From assembly GCA_030390025.1 (NCBI GenBank), contig CM059425.1, forward strand, positions 172,176,001 to 172,240,000: a stretch of DNA of 64,000 nucleotides, written 5' to 3'. The notes beneath the pieces were generated by a model. It had not been told where the DNA came from. It did not search any database and saw nothing but the letters and a program-made list of their open reading frames with translations. The translations under genes were made by a program, and so were the position numbers. Positions 27,081-37,619 of the stretch are shown piece after piece (position 1 is the first letter of the stretch; each line of letters opens with the position of its first letter). Origin of the DNA: Squalus acanthias (Eukaryota).

Positions 27081-28426
27081 CTGTTAAGTTTCAGGATTTT
27101 TTGACCACTTTTCCACAGAGGATTTGGAAAGAAAGAGTTACTTTTAATGTTGAGCTTTTAAAAGCATAGTGCATTAGACAATTTTTTTAAAAAGTCGGAA
27201 GTGATAGGTAATAAAGATGCTAATGAACTAGCTTTGCTGTTGTTTACTCATAGTATGTAAATAATATGCAATTTATTAGCTTGTCTTGGCAATCAAACAA
27301 CACTTCACACCATTGTATTGCAAAGTCTTTTGATTTTTTGTGAGGCTGTCAGCAGTGATGAGTCAAACAGAGACACGCGAGGTCAGTTTTTGTTTGAAAC
27401 ATAATGCAGTGAGGGAGCGAGGCAGAGAAAAACTGAGAAGGATATCATGCAGCGGGGGATTAGAAATTAGTTTGTTTAAGTCAAGTAAGACTCAGTGATG
27501 TGGGGCAGCATTGCATTTTTGTATTATGTAAAGGCAAGTGCCAGTTGAACAAAAGTGAATCTGGTCATAACTATTATTCTGTGTGTTCACTTTCTGTGAA
27601 CTAAAGTAGCTTAACAAATCCTTGTGTGCCTCGTTAAACTAAGTGTCTGTCTTCAGAGAGATTGAAGAAATACATGTGCGGAGGATATGATTATCAAGTC
27701 CAGGTCTCAGGAGTTTTGTTTCACCCCCAGATTATCCTATTGTGCAGGTAGGGAGTGTGAGTCCACTGCAATGAAAGTCGGTGCTCAGGCAGCTGCCGGG
27801 AACGACTGATGCCACTGATCCCCAGCAGGTATCAACAGCAGATACAAATTTATAACATCCAGTAAGCCACTTATGGATTAAATTTACATATCCATGTCAT
27901 ACCACCTGACTTTGGTAACTGTGTGTCAATTGCATGACGTGCAATTATCAAGGCCAAAATTAAGTGAAATACTGCAAGACCGAGTCGCCTATGGCACTCA
28001 TGGTAGAATGTCCATGCAACTGTTTAAACTACACACGCACACATCCTGTAGCTTTTTCACAAAGGTGACAATATATTCTGTTTTCCAACCCTTGGAATAC
28101 ATTTTTAGCTGACAAGTTGCTTGCAAATTACTTATAGTATCAAGATAGTGATGTAGTACAAATAAAATATTTACCTGGGAGCACGAATGGTGTTGTCTGC
28201 ATCAGTTTTGTTTCTGGCCCCACCTCCCCCTCCCTGTGGATTACCTTTCTTAACCCATTGCTTGTAGAACAGAGAATCTGGCTATGCATACAGTTCTGCA
28301 TTTCCATTTTGTGAAATGTCTTGCCATCCACTTAAGTTTTTTTTAAATGTTTCTGACCTTGTTTCATCAGGTAACATAACCTTTTATCGTGTTGTAATGC
28401 TTGAATCCAGTATTTTTTTTTAGTAA

Positions 28427-29670
28427 AATAAAAACCAAAAATGCTGGAAAACATTCAACAGGCCAGGTATTATCTGTGGACAGAGAAACCGAGTTAATGT
28501 TTCAGGTTGATGACCTTTCATTAGAGAAATGTGAAGTTATCCACTTTAGTAGGAAGAAGAGAAAAGCAGAATATTTTTTAAATGGAGAGTTTGGGAAATG
28601 TTGGTGTTCAGAGGGACCTGGGTGTCCTTGTCGATGTTCCCTCTAATTTCCTTGTGTCCTTGTACATGATTCACTGAAAGTTAACATGCAGGCACAGCAA
28701 GCAATTGGGAAAGAAAGTGATATGTTAGCCTTTATTACAAAAGGATTTGAGTACAAGAGTAAAGACATCTTGCTGCAATTATATAGGGCCCTGGTGAGAC
28801 CACACCTGGAGTACAGTGTACAGTTTTGGTCTCTTTACCTGAGGAAGGATATACTTGCCTTGGAGGGAGTGCAACAAAGACACTGCAGCAGTGACTACAC
28901 TTCAAAAAGTACTTCATTGGCTGTAAAGCGCTTTGGGACATCCGGTGGTCGTGAAAGGTGCTATATAAATGCAAGTTTTTCCTGGCTTACTGACTGATTC
29001 TTGGGATAGGGGGATTGTCCTCTGAGGAGAGATTGAGTAGCCTAGGCCTATATTCCCTAGAATTTAGAAGAATGGGAGGTGATCTCATTGAAACATATAA
29101 AATTCTAACAGGGCTTGACAGGGTAGATGCTGGGAGGATGTTTCCCCTGACTGGTCAGTCTAGACTAGGAGTTACAGTTTCAGAATAAGGGTTCAGCCAT
29201 TTAGGAATGAGATGAGGAGAAATTTCTTTACTCAAAAGGTTGTGAATCTTTGCAATTCCTCTGCCCCAGAAGGCTGTGGATACTCAGTTGTTGAGTATAT
29301 TCAAGACAGAGATCGATAGATTTTTGGATATTAAGGGAATCAAGGGATATGGGGGATATAGCAGGCAGGTGGAGTTGAGGTTGAAGATCAGCCATGATCT
29401 TAGTGAATGGCAGAGCAGGGTCGAAGGGCCGAATGGCCTACTCCTGCTCCTATTTCTTAGGTTCTTTTGTTCTTTGAGATTAACAGTTTGTAAGCGGGTA
29501 CAGAGCCAGGAGAAAGGGCATTGGGTAGGATAGAACAAAGCAGAATGTGTGTGATAGGGTGGACGGTAGGAGTTATTAAATGACAAAAGGGATGATGGTG
29601 CAAGGCAAAAGTCAAGAAACAAAAGTGAGTCTAGAGCAGGTGTAAATGGTTACAACAGAATAGCAGACGG
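28427..29670 (-). mobile_element. Penelope 3' repeat/UTR fragment split by a CR1 (pieces at about 28427-28524 and 29470-29670)
   Basis: Reverse CTAATGAAAGGTCATCAACCTGAAACATTAACTC. The purine-rich segment after the CR1 resembles the reverse complement of 34140-34260. Confidence 0.6.
28525..29465 (+). mobile_element. CR1 3' part containing a SINE 3' fragment (about 28880-28980)
   Basis: KCEVIHF, LYRALVRPHLEYSVQFW and CR1 3' UTR. Embedded GTGACTACACTTCAAAAAGTACTTC...CTATATAAATGCAAG. Confidence 0.92.
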
Positions 29671-30084
29671 GGGCGGGGGTGCGCGGAAGCATGGAAAATC
29701 TGGCGCAAGTTTTTTTTTTTAGCTGCCTACTTAAAAATAAATGATGTAACTGACCCTGTCAAAGGACAACTCTTGTTCCTTCAAACAAAGGTAAAACTGT
29801 TACTTATGGGTATTTTGTGAAAATTGTTTTTGTACTTCAGTTCAAAGTACTCATGTATGAGGGTGAAGGGAATATGGGGATATGGGGCTGGGTAGGAAGA
29901 GGTAATTAGACTGGGAGAAGGTTTGTGTGGAGTATAAACACTGGCATAGACCAGTTGGGCGAAATGGCCTATTTCTGTGCTGTAGATGCTGTGTATCGGA
30001 CAAAGAGCTCACTGGCTGTTGCTGCTGTTGATGCGATCAACGGATCAGATCAAAGCTTTGCAGTCCTGTCACATCCAGTCGTGA

Positions 30085-31828
30085 ATGCTGGTGGACCATT
30101 AAACAGCTAACTGCAGGAGGAGGCTCCATGAATATCCCCATCCTCAATGATGGTGGAGCTCAGCACGTGAGTGCAAAAGACGAGGCTGAAGCGTTTGCAA
30201 CCATCTTCAGCCAGAAGTGCTGAGTGGATGATCCATATCGGCCTACTCCTGAAATCCCCACCATCGCAGAAGCCAGTCTTCAGCCAATTTGATTCACTCC
30301 ACGTGATATCAAGAAACGGCTGAGCGCACTGGATACAGCAAGGCTATGGGCCCCGACAACATCCCAGCTATCGTGCTGAAGACTTGTGCTCCAGAACTAG
30401 CCGCGCCTCTCGCCAAGCTGTTCCAGTATAGCAACAACACTGGCATCTATCCGACATAGTGGAAAACTGCCCAGGTATGTCCTGTCCACAAAAAGCAGGA
30501 CAAATCCAACCCAGCCAATTACCGCCCCATCAGTCTACTCTCTCATCAGCAAAGTGATGGAAGGTGTCATCAACAGTGCTATCAAGCGGCACTTACTCAC
30601 CAATAACCTGCTCACTGAGGCCCAGTTTGGGTTCCGCCAAGACCACTCGGCTCCCGACCTCATTGCAGCCTTGGTCCAAACATGGACAAAGGAGCTGAAT
30701 TCCAGAGGTGAGGTGACCGTGATTGCACTTGACATCAAAGCAGCATTTGACGAGTGTGGCATCAAGGAGCCCGAGTAAAACTGAAGTCAATGGGAATCGG
30801 GGGGGAAAATGCTCCACTGGCTGGAGTCATACCTGGCGCAAAGGAAGATGGTTGTGGTGTTTGAAGGTCAATCATCACAGCCCCAGGACATCGCTGCAGG
30901 AGTTCCTCAGGGCAGTGTCCTAGGCCCAACCATCTTCAGCTGCTTCATCAATGACCTTCCCTCCAACATAAGGTCAGAAATGGGGATGTTCGCTGATGAC
31001 TGCAGTGTTCAGTGCCATTCACAACTCCTCAGATAATGAAGCCGTTCATGCCCACATGCAACAAGACCTGGATGACGTTCAGGCTTGGGCAGAAAAGTGG
31101 CGTCTAACCACCGCCCCTTGACATTCAATGGTATTACCATCGCCGAATCCCCCACCATCAACATCCTGGGGGTCACCATTGAGCAGAAACTTAACTGGTC
31201 CAGCCACATAAATACTGTGGCAACAAGAGCAGGTCAGAGGCTGGGTATTCTGCGGCGAGTGTCTCACCTCCTGACTCCCCAAAGCCTTTCCATCATCTAC
31301 AAGGCACAAGTAAGAAGTGTGATGGAATACTCTCCACTTGTCTGGACGAGTGCAGCTCCAACAACACTCAAGAAGCTCGACACCATCCAGGACAAAGCAG
31401 CCCGCTTGATTGGCACTCATCTACCACCTTAAACATCCACTCCCTCCACCATCGGCGTACCATGGCTGCAGTGTGTACCATCTACAAGATGCACTGCAGC
31501 AACTCACCAAGGCTTCGGCAGCACCTCCCAAACCCGCGACCTCGTCAACCTTGAAGGACAAGGGCAGCAGGCGCATGGGAACACCACCACCTCCAAGTCA
31601 CACACCATCCTGACTAAGAAGTATATTGCCGATCCTTCATTGTCGCTGGGTCAAAATCCTGCAACTCCCTCCCTAACAGCACTGTGGGAGTACCTTCACC
31701 ACACGAACTGCAGCGGCTCAAGAAGGCGGCTCCCCACCACCTTCTCAAGGGCAATTAGGGGTGGGCAATAAATGCTGGCCTTGCCAGTGACGCCCACATC
31801 CCATTAAAAAAAACGAATAAAAAAAAAA
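30085..31828 (+). mobile_element. Family B LINE, 5'-truncated
   Basis: ORFs 30554, 30809 and 31085 with RT motifs; poly-A tail at 31806-31828. Highly similar to 13637-15452. Confidence 0.95.
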
Positions 31829-32262
31829 GTGGTTTAAAGGAAAATTATATGCAAGGGAAATTTCAAGGAATGGGGTCAATTAACAGAGTCTCACAATGGA
31901 GGAACAAAAATTAAGATGGATTTTCAAGAGCTTTAAAGTGCATTTAACCCATAAGCAGCTTCTGCCAAGGCTGAAAAGACCGAGGAGTAGGATGGTTGCT
32001 GAAAGTCAGGGTGGCGTGCAAGAGATGCCTGCCCAGAAGGTTTCTCTCTTTTTCGCTTCACACTAGGTTTGCCAACTGTGGTTGAATGTATGCCTGGACA
32101 TTTGATGATTGTGACATTCGATCACATGACATTTGCTCACTGTTTGCAAATGTTGTTGCATTTAGCTTCACTGAGTGTCTCATTACTCTAGCATTCCTAA
32201 GATAATGTAAGATAATTATGCCGTAGTACACAATAAGTTTCAGAATAGAAGATTGTATTCTA

Positions 32263-32681
32263 CAGGAAACTTTCGTTTATCCGGCACCCAAATATCCGGA
32301 ATTCTCGCTTAACCGGCAAAAATTATCCTCCGAAAACTCCTCTCAAATAACCGGCAATGTTGCCGAGTCGCAGTCGAGTCTCCGCGAACGCCGAGTGCTC
32401 CGAAAACTCCTCTCAAATAACCGGCAATGTTGCCAATCCCGAGTCCGAGTCCGCGAATGCCGATTTAGTCAGTAGGGGTACTTTTCAAAAGTGCCACTAC
32501 TCGGCCTCCTGGCGCTGTCGGAAGTCCGAAACACTGCAGTAGCAGGAGTTGATTCTCCCGCGCTGCCTGGAGTCTCTTTGTTAAAAATAGCCTCGGTAGA
32601 TATAACTCTCCGTTATCCGGTACTTTCGATAAACCGGCACCACGCCGGTCCCGTCGATGCCGGATAAACGAAATTTTCCTG
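32263..32681. mobile_element. Tc1/mariner (pogo/Tigger-like) MITE
   Basis: 24-bp TIRs CAGGAAACTTTCGTTTATCCGGCA / TGCCGGATAAACGAAATTTTCCTG (1 mismatch), TA on both sides, CpG-rich, internal tandem duplication of about 70 bp. Confidence 0.9.
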
Positions 32682-33268
32682 TATATGGAAAAATGGAGAA
32701 CAAATAATTTGAAACATGAGTGGCATGCTTGCACATATTTGCTTCACAAAAATTAGCTGATGTGTGTACTGGTATTTTTCTGTGTTTTGTAGGTTAAAGG
32801 AATCCTACTAAGCTATGGGATGGCTCATTTTATGTAATTTGAATTTGAGTTTTAGTACTACTGCAATTGTACCAGCAGATGGCAGCAAAACACTTAACTA
32901 CTTTCTGGCCATTTGGGAAAACATCATGAAAAATGCTAAAAGGGAATACTTTTCATCAGTACATTTAACCACAGTCTAATCTTGTGAACATCACATTTCT
33001 TTCTCAGATTTAAAAATAAATCAGCCTTTGCACATCTTTACATCAATTACGGTAATGGTTGTAACTGGGTTTTGACTAAACAGTTTGGTTAAACCTCGAG
33101 TTGAACTAGAGCTGTTAACAGTATGCAGTGGCCTGCCTGGTTGCGAGTGCATTCATGGGCCAATATGTGACCTTTTGACATGAATCATCTTTTTCATTAA
33201 AGCAGCTGTTGCTGTCCAGAAGCGCCACTACAGCAATCTACAGGGTTTGGCTAACGACAGAAAGGGAC

Positions 33269-34369
33269 GATGCCACCTTCCATACCAGTGCTTCCGACAT
33301 GTCTTCCTTTTTTCTCAACCGAGGATTCCCCTCTACTGTGGTTGACAAGGCCCTCGACCGTGTCCGTTCTATCTCCCGCACTTCTGCCCTCACCCCTGCC
33401 CCTCCCTCCCGGAACCACAATAGAGTTCCCCTTGTCCTCACCTTTCACCCCACCAGCCTCCACATTCAACGGATCTTCCTCCGCCACCTCCAGCGTGATC
33501 CCACCACCAAATGCATCTTCCCCTCACCTCCCCTTTCAGCATTCTGCAGGGACTGCTCCCTCCGCGACACCCTAGTCCACTCCTCTACCACCCCCAGCAC
33601 CCCTTCCCCTTCGCCCGGCACCTTCCCGTACAAGCGCAGGAGATGCTACACATGCCCTTATACCTCCCCCCTTCCCACTGTCCAGGGCCCCAAACACCCC
33701 TTCCAGGTGAAACAGCGATTTACGTGTACTTCCTGCAATTTAGTATACTGTATTCGCAGCTCACGATGTGGTCTCCTCTACATTGGGGAGACCAAACGCA
33801 GATTGGGTGACCGCTTTGCGGAACACCTCCGTTCAGTCCGTAAGGGGGACCCCGAGCTCCCGGTGGCCTGTCACTTTAATTCTCCACTCCACTCCCACTC
33901 TGACCTCACCATCCTCTGCCTCTTGCATTGTTCCACGGAAGCTCAGCGTAAGCTCGAGGAACAGCACCTCATCTTTCGTTTAGGCACGCTACAGCCCTCT
34001 GGACTCAACATAGAGTTCAACAGTTTCAGATCATAACCACGGCCCCTACCAGAAGCTGGCAGCTGTCCTTCATTCTGCCAGCGCACTTCACACTTCATCT
34101 AGCCTCAACCTGTCACATTATCACCTCCTCTCGCCTTGAATATCTCTCAATGTCTCTTAATCTCTCCTGCCTTCTATACTATCACTGACCTTCCCTTTTG
34201 TTCTTTCATCCCCTCTCCCTTTTCCCAGCATTATACTTGCTTTAAATCTATTTCATTTCCTGCTTTTTTCCAGTTCTGACGAAGGGTCTTCGACCTGAAA
34301 CGTTAACTCTGTTTCTCTCTCCACGGATGCTGCCTGGCCTGCTGAGTTTTTCCAGCGTTTTCTGTTATT
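33269..34369 (+). mobile_element. 5'-truncated Penelope-like retroelement (GIY-YIG endonuclease C-terminus plus 3' repeat)
   Basis: ORF 33209-34036: FLNRGFP, RVPLVLTFHP, C..CP, NLVYCI...LYIGETKRRLGDRFAEH, EQHLIFRLGTLQPSGLN. Perfect 12-bp TSD ACAGAAAGGGAC (33257-33268 / 34370-34381). Confidence 0.95.
34272..34308 (+). ncRNA. Minimal type I hammerhead ribozyme motif in the Penelope 3' repeat
   Basis: AGTT-CTGACGA-A-GGGTC-ttc-GACCT-GAAA-CGTT-AACT: CUGANGA and GAAA core boxes, 5-bp stem II, 4-bp stem I, palindromic ACGU in place of stem III, GUU cleavage triplet. Confidence 0.75.
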
Positions 34370-34695
34370 ACAGAAAGGGACTAACCGGTATTAGTGATGC
34401 ACTGGTGTGCCTAATCTTTGACAAATGTGCTTTGGAGAATGGTGAAATAAGATTTTTTGTTTCTATAACTTAAGTGGGAGATCGGTGGAAACCAGGTGTT
34501 TCTCCATGGCATCTTTCCATTTTCGATAATCGGGGGACCCTGAGGAAATTATACCCAGATGAGTCTTAAGAAGCCAGATTGCAACTGGCCAGTTTCATGA
34601 GTGAAAATTAAAATCGGGTTTCTCTGTCCTCCATAATGCTTTCTACATCTACAATTATGATTAAGATCATGTGAAGTCTGGAGCGTGAAAATAAT

Positions 34696-35452
34696 GGGCG
34701 AGGACTTACTGTAAGAATAACGGTGGGGCTAATGGCGCTCACTGTTATCTATGCTTAAATCGGACAGCATCTTAAGGCAAGTGCAGATGCGCCATTAAAT
34801 GTGAAAATCCAGAAGTTGCTGTCTGACATGTGCCACTCTGCTGAAAGCTGCACGAAAATGCCATCTCATTGTCTGTCTCCCCATTGAAATGTATTGAGTG
34901 GCATGAAGTTCCTGTACTTGTGTCGAAGATGCAGACTAAACTCACCACAGTAAGTTCAGGCTTGTCCATTTTAATCGAAGTACCCTTTTTAACGGCGTAA
35001 TAAGCCTTAATTGCTGCCGAACCACCTCTCCTGGCACTGAAAATTAACTTTTATAAGTGTGGAGTCTCCGTCCTTCAGCTTTTAATTGTTGGAGGTTAAA
35101 ATAACATTTATATTTAAAAAAAAAAAAATTCTGTCTCTTCTATCTCTCTCTCTCTCTCTCTCTCAATCCAATCTTTCTTTCCCTCTTGGTTTTTAACTTT
35201 CTGTACCTGATTTGACATTGAATTCACCATTCTAACTGACACTTCCTAGTTCAGACTGCGCTACCATTCTTCAATCTGTGGTTAAGGAGATGCACAGTTG
35301 CTTGCCCTGTTCAGACAGGTCCCAAATCCCCTGTCGAGGGTGCCGTGTCATTTTGATCTCCCACTTACAGCAAATTGTGCAAAAGGTCATGGAAATTTAA
35401 TGGACACAGGCAAGTCCAAAGTCGTTTGTCGGTTACAGTAAATTCTAACTCA
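34696..35452. mobile_element. Harbinger-like MITE (family M2), diverged
   Basis: Homologous to 41955-43913 (GCAGATGCGC..TTAAATG, CT-rich core, TGATTTGACATTGAATTCACC). TIRs are eroded. Confidence 0.75.
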
Positions 35453-35864
35453 TCAAGCCTGAATGCAGAGGGACAAAAACACCTATTAACTTCCCTAAAA
35501 CTCTCAACTCCACCGCCCTTAACAAATATCAGTTCAGTTCCCTTTTAAAAGTGTCAATTGTCCCTGAATCAAGTTCCTTCTTGGGGAGTCTGTTGCACAT
35601 CTCCATTGTCCTGTACCCATTAACTTAGCTCTAGGCTTGTGAATTTTGTACTTGTGTTCTTTACTCTTAAGTTAATTGTCTGAGTTGCAACAGCTTTCTT
35701 TCATCTTTACCTTTCATTATTTTAAATATCTGTATTATGTCTTTAGCAAAATAAATTGCTGAAGCCTTTCTAAATCACTTAGTTCTTAAGGTCTGGAATC
35801 ATCCTGGCTACATTTTAAAACATTTCTAATGTATCTATGTAAGTTATTTATATTAGATTCAGTC

Positions 35865-36246
35865 TGTGATACTCTGAGACTAGAGGGAGCCTTGTTCCAA
35901 AGTATATAGGTTTATTACAGTTACACAAGCTACAATACAAGAAGTAAAGAAGTTAAAATATGTAAAGGTTATACTTGTTAAACAGTGAATGAGCCGTTGG
36001 TATACAAACTGACTAACTCCACAAGGTTCCGAGGCGATTGGACTCGAAATATCCTTGTATCCAATTTCACTCCGAGAATATTCTAATATCTATGCTCTAA
36101 GTCCAGGCTTATATACATTAAAACACACCCTTGCAATGCTTCCCATCAGTAATGTTCTTTGTCTTCTCGCCTAGCAGCCACGTGTTCTATTACATCATCT
36201 GTGATAACACACTGTACCAAACCACCCTATAAAACATACGATAACA
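35865..36246 (-). mobile_element. Possible solo LTR
   Basis: TGT...ACA termini, with TATATAA then AATAAA in LTR-like order on the minus strand. No TSD seen. Confidence 0.35.
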
Positions 36247-36379
36247 AGAATGCCTCAGTACCTCCTCAGTGTTCCAAGGACATGCTTGACCTAGAGAAGG
36301 TTTCAATGTTTAGCTGATGAATTAAAGGACAATGTTTACATAGAAAGCTTTATTCTAAAATGGAAGCCTGCAAAAGCAC

Positions 36380-36950
36380 TTTGCTTCTAATCTGTATTCT
36401 TTTTGAAGTAAGGTTATCAAAACTGCATGCCATACTTGGCCTCACCAATGATTGGTACAATATCAGTTTAATCTATCCTGATTTATAATCCCGTTCCCTC
36501 CAAATACGTCCCAGTGTCCTAGTTGCTTTACACTGACCTCATCCCTATACGCTATGATCAAAGATTACTTCCAAATCCTTTCCCAGTCAGTGCAGGGTTG
36601 TGTCAACTGGGCCTGTTGCATAACACTCTTGCCTCTGATTCAGAAAATTAGAAGGGCAAGATCCAATCCAGGGCTTTAACATATCCTCTAGGTTCAGAGT
36701 CGAATACAACACTGAGGAATACAAGGCTTTCACAAAATGGGAGATTTCTGTGTTGTATCTAAAATAGGACCCTTTTCTGTTAGACATGTTTATTTGTTCA
36801 GTCAATTTAGACAATTTGTCATTTATTCCATGAAAATTAGTCTTTTCTGGTCTCACATGAGGAACTTTGTTGAATGCCTTTTGAACAGCCAAGTTAATTA
36901 CATCTACTTGATTGCCCTCATCCACCAGCTTTGTAATCACCCTGTGGTCC
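36380..36950 (-). mobile_element. Old CR1 RT fragment
   Basis: ORF 36587-36970: LVDEGNQVDVINLAVQKAFNKVPH. Confidence 0.7.
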
Positions 36951-37004
36951 ATCGAGCCTGTCACACACAATTAGGATACCTTGTGTCACAATATATACAC
37001 TGCA

Positions 37005-37290
37005 CCCCACTGGAAACCATGTGATCTCCTGGGAGAGGCAAAAAACAGATTAAAAACCCAGGCCAATTTGGGGGGAAAAAAATCTGGGAAATTACTCTCC
37101 GACCCATCTAGGTGATTGAAACTAGTCCAGGAGATCACTCTGGCCCTGAATTCTCTGCGGAACCTACCTTCTATAAGAGGTGATCTCCACCCCGGTGAGA
37201 AACTGGTCCAGCTCTCGCTTGAAGGATTTCAGCAAATCTGCATCCGCCACACGAGACGGCAGCCTGTTCCAGAGGTCCACTATTCTCTTA
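37005..37290 (-). mobile_element. 3' end of a distinct CR1-group LINE
   Basis: Reverse strand translates RIVDLWNRLPSRVADADLLKSFKRELDQFL, followed by a 3' UTR unlike that of the main CR1. Confidence 0.7.
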
Positions 37291-37619
37291 TTTAGGTTCT
37301 GTTTTCATGAAGACGATTTCAAATGTAGACCATGCTTGTCCAACAATCTCCTAAACCAGCATTAAACAGTAAATTACTGTGGTCATCACAACCATGAATT
37401 TCCAGTGAGTCAAGAGAGGATATGAATTTCTAGCTTCATTATAAGTGCCAAAAAATAAAAATTGCTGTAAGCCACCACACACAGAGAAAGCTGCTTAGGG
37501 AATTTGAAAGGGACCTCTTCTTTCTGGATCTCCCTGTGTTGTGTTGCTCTATGTTTGCCATGTTGATCTTTCTTGGAATTTTAGCCATCTGTGGTTAGAT
37601 CTGGCTGTACCACATCAAG

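Noticed and set aside
27657..27828. Possible cassette or FerT-like exon (AG at 27656; donors near 27748 and 27829)
   Set aside because: Phase-0 frames contain stops with no usable ATG, and there is no recognisable similarity.
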